Source of the DNA: Amphiscolops sp. MND2022
Lineage: Eukaryota
Assembly: GCA_964187785.1 (NCBI GenBank)
Contig: OZ076409.1
Coordinates: 61,940,001-62,004,000, forward strand
Length of the DNA: 64,000 nt
Direction: 5' to 3'
Numbering within the stretch: the stretch's first letter is position 1; each line of letters begins with the position of its first letter. The notes below the pieces were generated by a model, which saw only the letters and a list, made by a program, of their open reading frames with translations, searched no databases and had not been told where the DNA came from. Below, piece by piece: positions 40,418 through 51,489 of the stretch. The translations under genes were made by a program, and so were the position numbers.

Positions 40418-41377
40418 ATGAAGTGTATAATTTGTGGAAAAAGTAATGAAAAATCTGTCTGCTCCGATTGTGAGAATAAAAAAGATGTAAAGAATGTAAT
40501 ATATTGAAAACAGATTTTTATAAGTATAAAAATGGTAAGATGTATAATACATGTATAGAATGTTTCAATAAAAAGTTGATGTGTGAATTTTGTAATAAGG
40601 AATTCAATAGAACATATTTATCAAAACATTTAAAAAGATGTATTATCAATCATGATAATAATAATTATACAAATAATGAAATTATAAATCATAATGAAAA
40701 TCATGATAATAATAATTATACAAATAATATTATTACAAATGATGATAATGATAATACTGATAATATTATGTTCACTGGAGGCCAGCAAAGCTGTAATCGA
40801 ACATTAATAGTTGGTCCATCATTTTGTGGAAAGACTCATTTATCATTAAACAAATTACAATTGATTCGATTATATGATAAAGAAAAACAAATACATATAA
40901 TAACTAGATCTCCGGGACAATATACAAATACAGAAATAGAAGACATTTCAGTGGAAGAAGATTTAAGTGATAAAAGTATTCAAGATTATCAAAATTGTTG
41001 TGTTATATTTGATGATATGTTGGATAGTAATCAAAAACTGATAGATCCATTTTTTACTAGGGGAAGACAATGATTTAGATGTTTATTATTTATCACAGTC
41101 ATATTTCGATTTGCCTAAACGCACCATACGCAATAATAGTAATATAATAATTTTATTTCAACAAACATTAAAAGATGTGCAACATATATACACCGACATA
41201 GCTGGTTTTGATATGTCTTATGATGAATTCAAAAGTTTGTGCAGAGAGGCATGGAAAGAAAAATACAACTATTTATTAATAAACAGGTTAGAAGATAAAA
41301 ATGGGAGTAGGTATAAAATATGTAATGAATCTAATCCAGAGTATAAAATCTTTAGTCCACAAACGGATCCTTTTTAA
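40418..41377 (+). pseudogene. Packaging-type ATPase 2 with N-terminal Cys-rich zinc-finger region; frameshifted
   Basis: MKCIICG..CSDC..CKEC..CIEC..CEFC..H, an Asn-rich linker, Walker A GPSFCGKT, Walker B VIFDD, then FFTRGR / frameshift / DVYYLSQSYFDLPKRTIRNNSN. Confidence 0.88.
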
Positions 41378-41382
41378 ACAAA

Positions 41383-41673
41383 TTAATCTTTTGAATACAT
41401 AATTTCTTCCTTTAGGTTCTTCATATCTTTGTCTAGTTTTTGTCCTAGTTGTTCAAAGCAGTTCCAAATCATTTCTGATAGACTTTCCAACTTTAATTTA
41501 AGTTGAAAATTTTCTTTTCTCAATTCTTGAATTTCTTTTTTCAATTCATTGAATTGATTATCTTTAGATGGATTATCCATTTCATTGGATTGATTATGGT
41601 TTGATTTATTTTCAAAATTTTCTTTTCTCAATTCTTGAATTTCTTTTTTCAATTCATTGGATTGAATATCCAT
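41383..41673 (-). CDS. Small coiled-coil protein with internal duplication
   Basis: 96 aa in which NELKKEIQELRKENF occurs twice. Confidence 0.65.
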   Translation of the reverse strand: MDIQSNELKKEIQELRKENFENKSNHNQSNEMDNPSKDNQFNELKKEIQELRKENFQLKLKLESLSEMIWNCFEQLGQKLDKDMKNLKEEIMYSKD

Positions 41674-41702
41674 TATTATTTATATACAATTTTTAAATTT
41701 AT

Positions 41703-42643
41703 TCAAAATGCTGAAACAATATTTTGGTGTTGATTTGTTGTAAAACATTCATATTCCAGGAGTTGATCTGCAATTGCTATGATTTGTTCACTAAGCATAG
41801 GATTATCATTTCCTCCTACTTTTTCAAAATAAAGTAGTTTTAATTGATTTACAAGCTCATCTGGATCAGATGGAAGTAAAATAAACTTTAATACACTTCC
41901 TTCTTGATAATATGTATTAAACATAGCTTTAATTAAATAATATCTTCTTGATTTTTTATCTCCATAATTTATATTATATTTCATATCATTTAAAAAACTG
42001 TAAATTATATTGCTATTTTGTGGTATTTTATCTATTTGTGTATTAGTTATGAAGTTTGAAAGATCCGGATCATTTAAATAGTACGTGTTACCATTCGGGA
42101 AAGTCATCGTTGAACCTTTGATTAGTACTTGTTGAGGATCAGTAGGGTTAATTGTGAATAAATTGGAACTTCCTTCCACGGGTTCTAAACTAAATTGACT
42201 TTTGTTGTTGTCATTAAGCAAATTAGAAATTGTCTTAACGATACTAGAATCAACTTGGTTTGAGTTAACAAGATCTGTAACAATTTGTCTATTACGATTT
42301 GTGTAATTTTATCATATTCTTGTATTCCTTCTTTAACTGATTTATGTAATTTTTTATTAAGAGTATTATTCGATTCTTGTATTGCTCTAGTTTGGTCTTG
42401 TATTGCTTGTGTTGTAGTTTAAGTCGAGTCTCGTAGTATTTGTATTTGCTTTTCGGAAAGTTCTTGTTGTTTAGAAATGTTTTGTTTCTGTTTTTCTGTT
42501 ACGGGTTCAAAAACTTCTTCCATATCATAGTGAAAGTCTTGCTTCCCTAGTTTCTCTTTTAATCTTCCAGCATTCAAAGAAGATTTTGTTTATTGCAATT
42601 TTTTTAATTTCTCTAAATCATCTCGATTATGAATTGAATACAT
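41703..42643 (-). pseudogene. Conserved Polinton protein (C-terminal DPxELxxxLxLL...GN motif), disrupted
   Basis: ATG at 42643 begins MYSIHNRDDLEKLKKLQ*...KLGKQDFHYDMEEVFEPVT, with two stops and a frameshift leading into ORF 41703..42221 (PSDPDELVNQLKLLYFEKVGGND). Confidence 0.7.
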
Positions 42644-42692
42644 AATTTTTTATTCATAAAAAATAATATTTAATTTATAGCAAGGCTGTAAA

Positions 42693-43094
42693 TCAATGAA
42701 TTTTACCCAAGTACAGGCCTTTTCCTTGATGAACAAATTTTATAATATCAGGAGCAGTTGCGGCAATAAGTTTTGGATTTTTACTTGCTGCTGCTGTACC
42801 AATATTAGCTGCGAGTTCTAAAGCACGGCCTGGGTTATTGAGTATTTTCTTTCCCACATTCTTGGCTGCCGAGCCCAAATGTTTAAAAAAATTACCCAAT
42901 CCCTCTGCTTGAATTGTTTGATCAGATACTATAAGTGATTTATTTCTTTTACAAGTTGAACAAGTACCTCTTAATAATTTAACAGAAGCTCCTGTTTTTT
43001 TATTTTGAGTAATATCTCCACGAATATTTATGGTAGTGGAATAATGTTTTCCACCAACACAATATGAATTATTTTTAAATTTACTAAAGCTCAT
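42693..43094 (-). CDS. Basic virion core/membrane-lytic candidate (Zn-ribbon-like N-terminus plus amphipathic helix)
   Basis: Intact 133 aa: YCVGGKH...GTCSTCKRNK, then QAEG-LGNFFKHLGSAAKNVGKKIL. Confidence 0.7.
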   Translation of the reverse strand: MSFSKFKNNSYCVGGKHYSTTINIRGDITQNKKTGASVKLLRGTCSTCKRNKSLIVSDQTIQAEGLGNFFKHLGSAAKNVGKKILNNPGRALELAANIGTAAASKNPKLIAATAPDIIKFVHQGKGLYLGKIH

Positions 43095-43106
43095 TATTTA
43101 TTAAGA

Positions 43107-44106
43107 TTAAATCTTGATTTGAATTGTAAATGTTAATGTCTCCCCGTTGAAATCAACTGGATTATGATTGTTATCCTCAAGGAAAAATTGAATACTATCT
43201 AACCTTGTTTTGTTTATTTTTTTATACAAAAGAATATTGGGTTCTTTTATAATTTTATATCCTGGAGGAGCACTAAGATTAAATGAAAATAAAATTTGTT
43301 CTCGTATACCATTAACAATTGAACCATCTACACAATCACACTTCAGATGAACTTTGTCTGTCGTTGTTATCATACCTGGTTTTTCTGATATATGAGTTCC
43401 TTGTATATAGTGTGTATTTGTGAATCCTAGAAGTTCATTTAATTTTGAATTAAAATAAATGGGGTTAGAAGTTGTTAAAACTGATTTCATTGATATTGTA
43501 TCTGCTTCAATGTTGAATTCAAATTCAAAATCATTATCAGAAAGTTTTTGTTTCAGAATTCTATTTATATCAGTTAATTCATATACTCCTGGTGGTAATT
43601 CAATTTCAACGAAATCATTTTCAATTCCATATTCAGGAATAATAATTGTTTTATCTTTGATTAATTTGGTAAATTATTTTCTTTAGTTGATCAAAATCTT
43701 TTTTGATAAGTTTCTTATTTGTAGAATAACTATCAACTATAAAACTATTAATTTTTTCTATATTATCAAAGGCTTTATACAAATACTCAACATTCATTAC
43801 TAATTGAGTGTCAACGTTTAATGATTTGAGTTGTTCGTCTTTTAGAAGAATTTTAAATTTATTGTTCTTTTCAGTAATGTTATATACAGTGTTGTATACT
43901 TCTAAACTTGTTACTCCAATCATCCATTGTTCTGGTGAGTCTAGTGGAATATCAAATGAAAAAGATTCTTTTTGTTTATTCATTTTAAATTCTAGAGTTT
44001 CTTGTGGTTTGGATAAGGTATTTTCAACAATATCCAAATTAGATTTTGCTATATTCAATAAAAGAGATTCTTTTTTATCATAGGTTACAAAATTTGATAG
44101 ATCCAT
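43107..44106 (-). pseudogene. Minor capsid protein (penton, single jelly roll), frameshifted at ~43650
   Basis: The C-terminus HLKCDCVDGSIVNG..ILFSF....PPGYKIIKEP..LLY....LED....VDFNGE is typical of Polinton pentons. The N-terminal part W.IGVTSLEVYNTVYNITEKNNKF and the middle IELPPGVYELTDIN belong to the same gene. Confidence 0.85.
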
Positions 44107-44338
44107 TTATTAGAAAAAAATGAGTCATTTTTCTCTAAGCTTCGCTTATTATAGATTAAATTGTTTAAATCCACTTGGGGATATCTTATTTATGAATTCT
44201 TGGTTTTGTTTTGATAATTTTTTTTTGATTATTTTTTGGATTATTTTTTTTCTATTATTTTCTCATCAAATTGATTCTCATTGGTATTCATTGGTTTTTG
44301 AATAATTTTAAATTGAGCTGAATAATTATTAATTTTCT

Positions 44339-44761
44339 TCAATTATTAAGTTTGAAAGTTTGATAGTATAAATTTTGGTAGTAGATATTTAGTACTGCAT
44401 TTTTGAAGCCTATAATTTGTGTAAGATATAACACATACAAACAACTAGCTGCACAATAACTGTCGTCTTTCTGGATTTGATATTCTGAATAAATACCATT
44501 ATTAATGTGATTAAGTATATTAGTTGGGGGTGGGCATCCATATGAATCAAAATAATTTTGATTTGTAAACATAACCCAATGTGTTCCTTTAGTTGGATGT
44601 AAGTTAACTATACCACTGGTGGTTATAAATTTATCATCTCTCATATATATTCCACAAGATGTGTTCATGAGTTTTAAGATTTCTTTTATTTCTACATTGG
44701 AAGTTGCTTCATTTTTTAATCCATATTTATTAACAAATTCTTTGAATGATAAATAATTCAT
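44339..44761 (-). CDS. Adenain-like cysteine protease (virion maturation)
   Basis: Intact 140 aa with catalytic motifs GTHWV, YFDSYG and QIQ....YC. Confidence 0.92.
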   Translation of the reverse strand: MNYLSFKEFVNKYGLKNEATSNVEIKEILKLMNTSCGIYMRDDKFITTSGIVNLHPTKGTHWVMFTNQNYFDSYGCPPPTNILNHINNGIYSEYQIQKDDSYCAASCLYVLYLTQIIGFKNAVLNIYYQNLYYQTFKLNN

Positions 44762-44781
44762 TTAATAGTTATTTTTCATCA

Positions 44782-45022
44782 ATTTTGTTAATTTTTCAGT
44801 TGTGAAAAATAACTAATTTCTAGATGGTTTGCCTTGGTTATTTTTTAACAGTTAGTTGTGAAAAAAACGTTGATTTTTTTTTAAAAAATACTTAATTTTG
44901 ATGATTTGATTAACCTGTTAAATTTTTTTAGTAATGAAAAAACACCAATTTTATCGATTTTTTTGAAAAAATACCTAATTTTGATGGTTTGACTGGCCCG
45001 AATCGGGAATTCGTATACTACT
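44782..45022 (-). repeat. Right bipartite TIR of the Polinton
   Basis: Inverse of the left TIR blocks, with a longer (~110 bp) spacer between the blocks. Confidence 0.93.
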
Positions 45023-45638
45023 GCTGTGCGCTCATTCATCTGACAAAGTACCGCAAAGAAACTTTTCAATATTTTCTAACCAAGTGCCGCAAAGAAGTTT
45101 TCAATAATTTCTAACATTCAGCGCATTTATTTTGTGAGACCATATGACTGAGCAAAAGTGGTAAAAAAATGTTTTTGGACACTTCGACTGGATAAAAAAC
45201 GACGAAAAGCTACAATAATGGTCGCGATCTTATGACTAAACAACTGATTGATAAGACGCCCGCTATGCACCGTGGATATTTCCCGCCTTCAATTGGCTAA
45301 CAATAGACGCCTATTCAAAAATTTACATCCTCGGTAAAACGCAATTTCCTTCGGATATAACCTTATAATTCGGATTTTGCGCAATATTTTCGAACCTCCT
45401 CCCCCTCCTAGTAAAACACAATTTACTTCGAATACAAGTAACTAGAATAGTCAAGTAACTAAAATAGTCGAGTAACTATAAGTCAGGTTGATAAACTGGG
45501 AGATTTGGCAGAATTTGGGAAAAAACGCAACACAGATTATGATTTTCCTCCCCCATTATATGTGGGCGGAAAATAATTTTTCGAGTCGAATAGTACGCAA
45601 AATTGGAATGAAAGTTCGTATAACAAAACAGTATTATC

Positions 45639-46078
45639 CAGGCGTATCAATTATATGCGGCAAAAAAACCCGAAATATGCAATACTTTATGCGGAGAATT
45701 TCTTCAAAATATGCGCTGAAATAGGCGGTAAAATGCTGCTTTTTGCTCAAAAAAGAACGAAATAATTGAGAAAAACTGAATTACTCCAATTTTTCTGAAT
45801 TGAAATATAACATCATAAGACAGTTGTTCCCGCTCTTCGGAAAATAGCTAAAGAACCGTTCAACAGAGGCTGAGGCGCAAACAAGGAAAAACAAGGTTCG
45901 TCCTTTGGGGCACGTTCAAAACCTGGTATACCAAGTATATAGCAATTCGATTTCATCGATTTCACAAACGATCAGTTACAAAACCAGTCAGATATGCGGT
46001 AAATATGCGGTTTCTCAAACCTAGCAAAATACGCGGAAAAATATGCGGAATATAAGGCGTATAAAATTTAGAAGTCTG
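45639..46078. mobile_element. hAT-type MITE (degenerate TIR)
   Basis: 8-bp TSD GTATTATC (45631-45638, 46079-46086), CAG..CTG termini and subterminal ATATGCGG repeats. Confidence 0.7.
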
Positions 46079-48231
46079 GTATTATCGGATGCGGGACAAA
46101 ATAGCCTATTTTCAGAACGAATAGCCGATTTTGCATATAGAAAAGTAAATACGTAAGGCGTAGCCAACTTTATTATAAAGAACAAGCAGGGAACGGCATA
46201 ACTTGGCGCCCCGCCCAAGGCTCAAAAAGAGTGAAAGTATAAATTTCGGATAAATTTTCAATTTCACAGTACCGAAAAAACCCAAAGGGCCTTTTCGAAG
46301 GGGGTGCAATATTTTCGAACATCCGCCTCCTCCTTAGTAAAACGCAATTCACTTCGGATATAACGTCAAAAGTTCGCATATAGCGTGCTGGGCCGAATGG
46401 GGGTGCTTCATTTTAACTCTCCGCCGCGGCAAAAAGCAAATTACTTCGGATATACGTCAAAATTCGGATATAGCGCAATATTTTGTTATGTCAGAAAAGA
46501 ATTAATAATAGTTCACTTCGCTAGGCCAAATGGTATATTTCAAGGTTTTGTTTAACTTTTGAACTCAGTCAGTTTGAATTTGGTCAGTTCGTATCAATTG
46601 AAAACAAGTAAAACACAATGTAGTTCGGATATAACATGGAAAATTCGGATTAGTATAATCTTTGTGCTAATCATCTGATTAATGCGCTTAATTGATGTGT
46701 GAAGAATTGATAAACTATTTTGTCCCATTTCAAAAATCGACTTTCTACACAAGTAATATTGGATTGTAACTAACTTTGTTGGCTTTTACACTCCAGTAGG
46801 GGTAACATTCAATTCAGAGATTTAGAGAGGAATATAATCGATTGGTCGACACTTGGAATATTGAAGCTTTGACTTCAGATTGCGAGAACAGAATCTAGAA
46901 AATGTTAAACCGAAAAATTTTGACTTGAAAATGTTAATCGTCCTGTTATTCTGACACCACATTTCCTGATTGATAACAGCATTTTGGCATTTTTCCAACT
47001 TCAACTATTGGGATGGTATTCTTTTTATAGTATTCCCGGACTGTGCCGGATAGAAGTATTAGAGATCTTCAGGTAATAACGCTATAATTAGTTGTTCTTC
47101 ATTGGGTTAAATAAATAAGAAGCAAAACTAAAGGTGCCAACGCTACCAGTGATTATTTCGACACTGTCGTCCTCCATTTTAGGATGAGGGAGGCGTTCGG
47201 GGTGAATTTCCATGTTGAACCAACCCGTTATTATCTTCTTCTCCCTAGCAGATTGCAGCCCTCGGTATGCCCCGGAAGAGTACAAAATGACAACGAAGCT
47301 TTTGTGAAACAGGGATTATATTATTATTATTTATGACTTTTAGTTGGTAAAATAGTCCTGGGCAAAAGAGACCCTCAAGAGGTAATGCTCGCTCCGGTCA
47401 AAAAAATCGTATAATGGTGTTGATGAACAACTCTAATCATGAGAATTTCGAGACAACAATAACTACAAATTTATATTTTCGCTATACTAAAGCCTCTCGA
47501 AGAGGCTAACCCTGATTACGAGGAAGTAGCCGTCGATAAATGTTCCGTTGTTTTGTTAAAAGACATTTAAAAAATTCGCAGGTACAAAAAAGGGTTTCGA
47601 ATGGCGATTGCATCCATAACATTCAATATAGGATACCATCAAAATCAGAGAGGGTTATCAACAGAAGAATCAAATAATCCCTGATGAAGAGTCGTATTTG
47701 GAATTGGTCTGAGAAAACTAGGACGTACAGCATGATGGCACATTTGGCGGCTGTTGACACGACCATAGACCGATGAGCGGGAACTCTTTCAAACGATAGC
47801 TTCATGCACAAAAGGGCGCAAATTTTCAAAGTAGCTGACAAAACCATAACCGGGTAATCTGGAAGTTTGTGCTGGGAAATATCCACAGCCGAAAATAACA
47901 TTGAACAGCATGAATATGCGAGCCCCATTAAGCTAATGTAGTTTAGAAAGTTCGATGTACACAAAAAGTTATATCTTCGGTCATAATTGAAGCTCCACCA
48001 ACTACAATAAATTTCATAATTCCCTTCATTAAAAGATAATGATAAATGTAGATTTCTATAACCTAAACTAGAGACCTTTGGAAAGCGGTGACACCGGAAC
48101 ATTCAGTTAACGTTTTACAGGTGCAAAAACAAGTGATTTCAAGATAATCATTTCCAGATGATTTCGAGGAAATAAAATATTATAGCAACCACTAATTTGG
48201 TTAATAAGTCTAGACGGATTGTTCAAATTTC

Positions 48232-48302
48232 AGAGCTGTAGTGTAATGGTAAGCACGTCAGGTCGCGACTTGGAAGGATTGGTTCGAATCCTGTCAGCTC
48301 TA
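48232..48302 (+). ncRNA. tRNA-like sequence (pseudo-tRNA / SINE head) inside inverted repeats
   Basis: Acceptor stem AGAGCTG/CAGCTCT, A-box TAGTGTAATGG and B-box GGTTCGAATCC. The anticodon loop is non-canonical (6 nt). A degraded relative lies at ~50634-50692. Confidence 0.6.
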
Positions 48303-48883
48303 GATCTTTGCTTTAGTGTCTAGATAGTTTAGTGGGTTGCTATAATATTTTTTAAGTCGTATATATTTTTAACTCCCAGTCGTATCTTTCCATTTAAGGC
48401 CAACTTCTCAAGTTTGAAAACAAAGTCCAGGGGTGTGTTAATCCCCAGTTTGAGTTGTTCAGTTCAGGTTGCTATTGGAAAATTGATCTCCACTTCCTTG
48501 CAGTTTGTGCATTCACATACATCCAAGTCACATGCATCCAAGTCTCAATCAACGGCTTTTAAGCTTGACGCTTCTCGAAAAAACTTTAGAAAATGCGATT
48601 TTTTCCTCATTTCAAGCCTTCTATCTGGAAACTGAGGATAGATAAGCTAGGAATTATTTGTAAATTTGTGTGGGGGACATTAGCAAACAAAATCATAATT
48701 ATTAACTGAAAAAATTATTTCAAGTTTCAATCTTTCATGTTTTTTAAAGGTTTTGAGATGATGATACATCCTTTACCTTACACCTAAAGGCGCAGCTTTT
48801 ATAGAACGCATTCCATGAAATCAAAGAGATCAACGGTGGGCTAATTTTTAAATATTCCAGCTTCTGTAGAAAATATGACAATA

Positions 48884-49054
48884 CAGTGGATCCCGGATAT
48901 AAGAAACTCGCTTATAAGAAATACCCGCTTATAATCAATGCGTATCTTGGCCCCGACTGGAAATTTCATTTCTTTCAAAACCCAGATATAAGAAAGTTCG
49001 ATTATAAGAAACACCACTCGTTCCCCTGACGTTGATTATATCCGGGATCCACTG
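48884..49054. mobile_element. Tc1/mariner(pogo)-type MITE
   Basis: TA on both flanks and a perfect 19-bp TIR CAGTGGATCCCGGATATAA. Confidence 0.88.
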
Positions 49055-50052
49055 TACTAACCTTATCATTGCTGGCCAAAGACCGCCAAGAATCAACGAA
49101 AGAACAATAGCAACCCATTCAACGAATCTGAACTGGAAGTAATCATAACTGGGCATGGAGCCGTTTCGGTAAACCATCGGAGGGAGATAAAAAATGAAAG
49201 TACCACCAATAATTAACGCCATCAGAACCATTTCTGTCCAAAGGTTGCAATGAATGGGCTTCTCTTCATAAAGAGAAATTACTGCCGACATGTTGGCACT
49301 TATATATTATTGAAAATCAGTGCAACCTAATATTCCGATAACTTCGCGACAGAGTATTGCACAGAATAGAGCACAAATAATTAATTTAAGCTGATTATAG
49401 CATTTCCAATCTTCGGCAGGCATCCAGTGACTGAACCCAGGAATTATAAAGAAATCGTAGAAACCTGAAATTTAAAATAAATCACAGTATAACAGGTGAA
49501 CAATCACCGGACAGAGAATCATGCAATTTGCTAACATGGAAAAAACAGACAGAGTTGCATGTAAGTCTTATTGCTCGGACGAATAGATAAAACCAAACTC
49601 TTCCTCAGCCAGTTCCCAACCAAAAGCAATGCCGATGACACAAACACAACTTCATCATTTCGAAGACTGAAAGAACTTCTAGTCAACTCATCCAGCTGAA
49701 TCAGAAACGGTACCAAAAAAGACAGGACATCCGCCAAGCTTGATTGCCACCTTGACTGGGCTACCTCGCCAATTTTCATTGTCTACTATCAATGTAGCTC
49801 CACTGGAACCTGAAAGACATAAAAAATGGTGAATCTACCCAGGGATTGAAGTTATAGCAACCATTATTTAATATTTGTGAAGATGAAAATCAATGTACTC
49901 TTTAGATTGAATTGAAGCTTTTCGAACAATTTGTTCAACATCAGAAGAATATAATCATGATAACTGAAAAAACGACATGAAAAAATAGATGAACTAAACC
50001 GTATAGCAGGTACTGCCAAAAATAAATGAAAAGCAAGTATGATTGCTAGCAT

Positions 50053-50620
50053 CAGAGCGCGTAGTTCAGGGCGTGGCTGCGATATTCGTCCTTGGTGTTC
50101 AAAGTCGGCCTCAAGTGTAAACTGCTTCCAGTGTCAGTAACTCCCGTTTTGATCTTGTGCTGTCCAACACATGTGTTGAAAAAGGACGGATTCGCATTCA
50201 CGAAAATGTTCGCCCAAAGGACTGCTCTTCATCATGTGTTCCTTGATACGCGTTTGTAGGTGGCGTGTGGTTTGACCGACGTAGTCCCCCTTACATTGAG
50301 GGCACGTTATTTTGTAAAAAAACCCTACTACGCAACTCAGAGGAAACTTGTGACTTGAGCATGGATATTTGATGGTCCAACTTGTTGGAAGATGTTGCAA
50401 TTCAACAATTTCTTCGAGTTTTCAGCAAAGATATCAGTTATCTCTTCACGAATTCCAAACTCAGTGTTATTTTTGAAGCGAATTCTTTCGAAGTTTGAGG
50501 CGTCGGTTTTTCTACACAGTCGAGTTTAAAAGCTTGTCCAATGTCCTCCGACAAGTTGAATAAATCAAACACTTCGGATACTGATTTTTGTATGCGATTA
50601 TTTAAAAAGTATACACGGAT
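50053..50620 (-). mobile_element. Penelope-like retroelement 3' remnant (GIY-YIG endonuclease)
   Basis: FYKITCPQCKGDYVGQTTRHLQTRIKEH and a downstream PTLNTKDEY motif, with frameshifts. Confidence 0.8.
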
Positions 50621-51489
50621 TGCGCAAATATCGGAGCTGTAATGTGATGGTCATCACGTCGCGACTTGGAATAATAGGTTCGAATCCTTCCAACGAAAAT
50701 TCTTTCTTTTAGTGTCTTGATTTTCAATTTTTTCCACTGTCAGACATCATGGATCTTCGTCATCAATCAAGGGTAATTGGTCACTTGGCTTAAAGTCAAT
50801 TGGAATAATAGATCTGGTCACCTGGCTGAATTTTTCGACCCAAATGCCTTGGGCAATGGTCGGATTATAGTAAGTTTGTAGAAAGCAGGTTTGTAGAATT
50901 CTACAAACATACTATGGGTGGGTAGGTTTCTAGATTTTTTTCAACAAACTTAGTATCACTTTTCTACAAACTTACTATCTACCGTAATGATCACTTGGCT
51001 TATAAAATTTGGCTTGGAATCACTGAGTTGAAAACCCGTGACAGATTTTGCTGAACGTTTAAATGACGTAGTCAGCTAAGTTCACTAACCCCTCAGTTCT
51101 CAAAATGCAGAAGCGAAGCGGAGAGGAGCGACGGGGACCATAATTAAGGTCTAACGAATAAGATCTAAAGTATTTTCGTAACTAAGATCCAAAGAACTAA
51201 GATTTTAAAAGCATGCACCGTAACTAAGGTCTAAATTGAACAAGAATAACGTCTAACGAATAATGTGGGGTCATATACTGTGTATGCACGCTCGCCCTCG
51301 TGTTCGCAAAGACCAGCTCCCACTACGATCGCTTCGCGATCTCCGTTCCCGCTAGGTCGTAGCAGTAGTAGTAGAAGACTTAATTCCGAATTAAGTCTTC
51401 TACTACTACCACGACCTAGCGGGAACGGGAGTTCGAGATATCAAAGTTTGAGATCTTTGATAGAAGAAAGTTACGTAGCACCAGTTTGA

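Larger units (their letters stand above)
30710..45022. mobile_element. Maverick/Polinton (adintovirus-like endogenous dsDNA virus), 14,313 bp, decaying
   Basis: 6-bp TSD GCTGTG (30704-30709, 45023-45028), AGTAGT...ACTACT termini and a perfect 35-bp TIR. It carries pPolB, integrase, DJR capsid, penton, adenain-like protease and ATPases, and is more AT-rich than the flanks. Confidence 0.97.
47623..49810 (-). pseudogene. Multi-exon multi-pass membrane protein gene or pseudogene, weakly SLC35/DMT-like
   Basis: Several hydrophobic minus-strand frames with plausible splice sites (acceptors near 49810, 49465 and 48865). YNQLKLIICALF resembles the SLC35A YQLKILTTALF motif. An in-frame TAA lies near 49308 and the model is incomplete. 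Confidence 0.35.

Noticed and set aside
48232..48302. Functional tRNA gene
   Set aside because: The 6-nt anticodon loop, mismatched T-stem and degenerate relative nearby indicate a tRNA-derived repeat.
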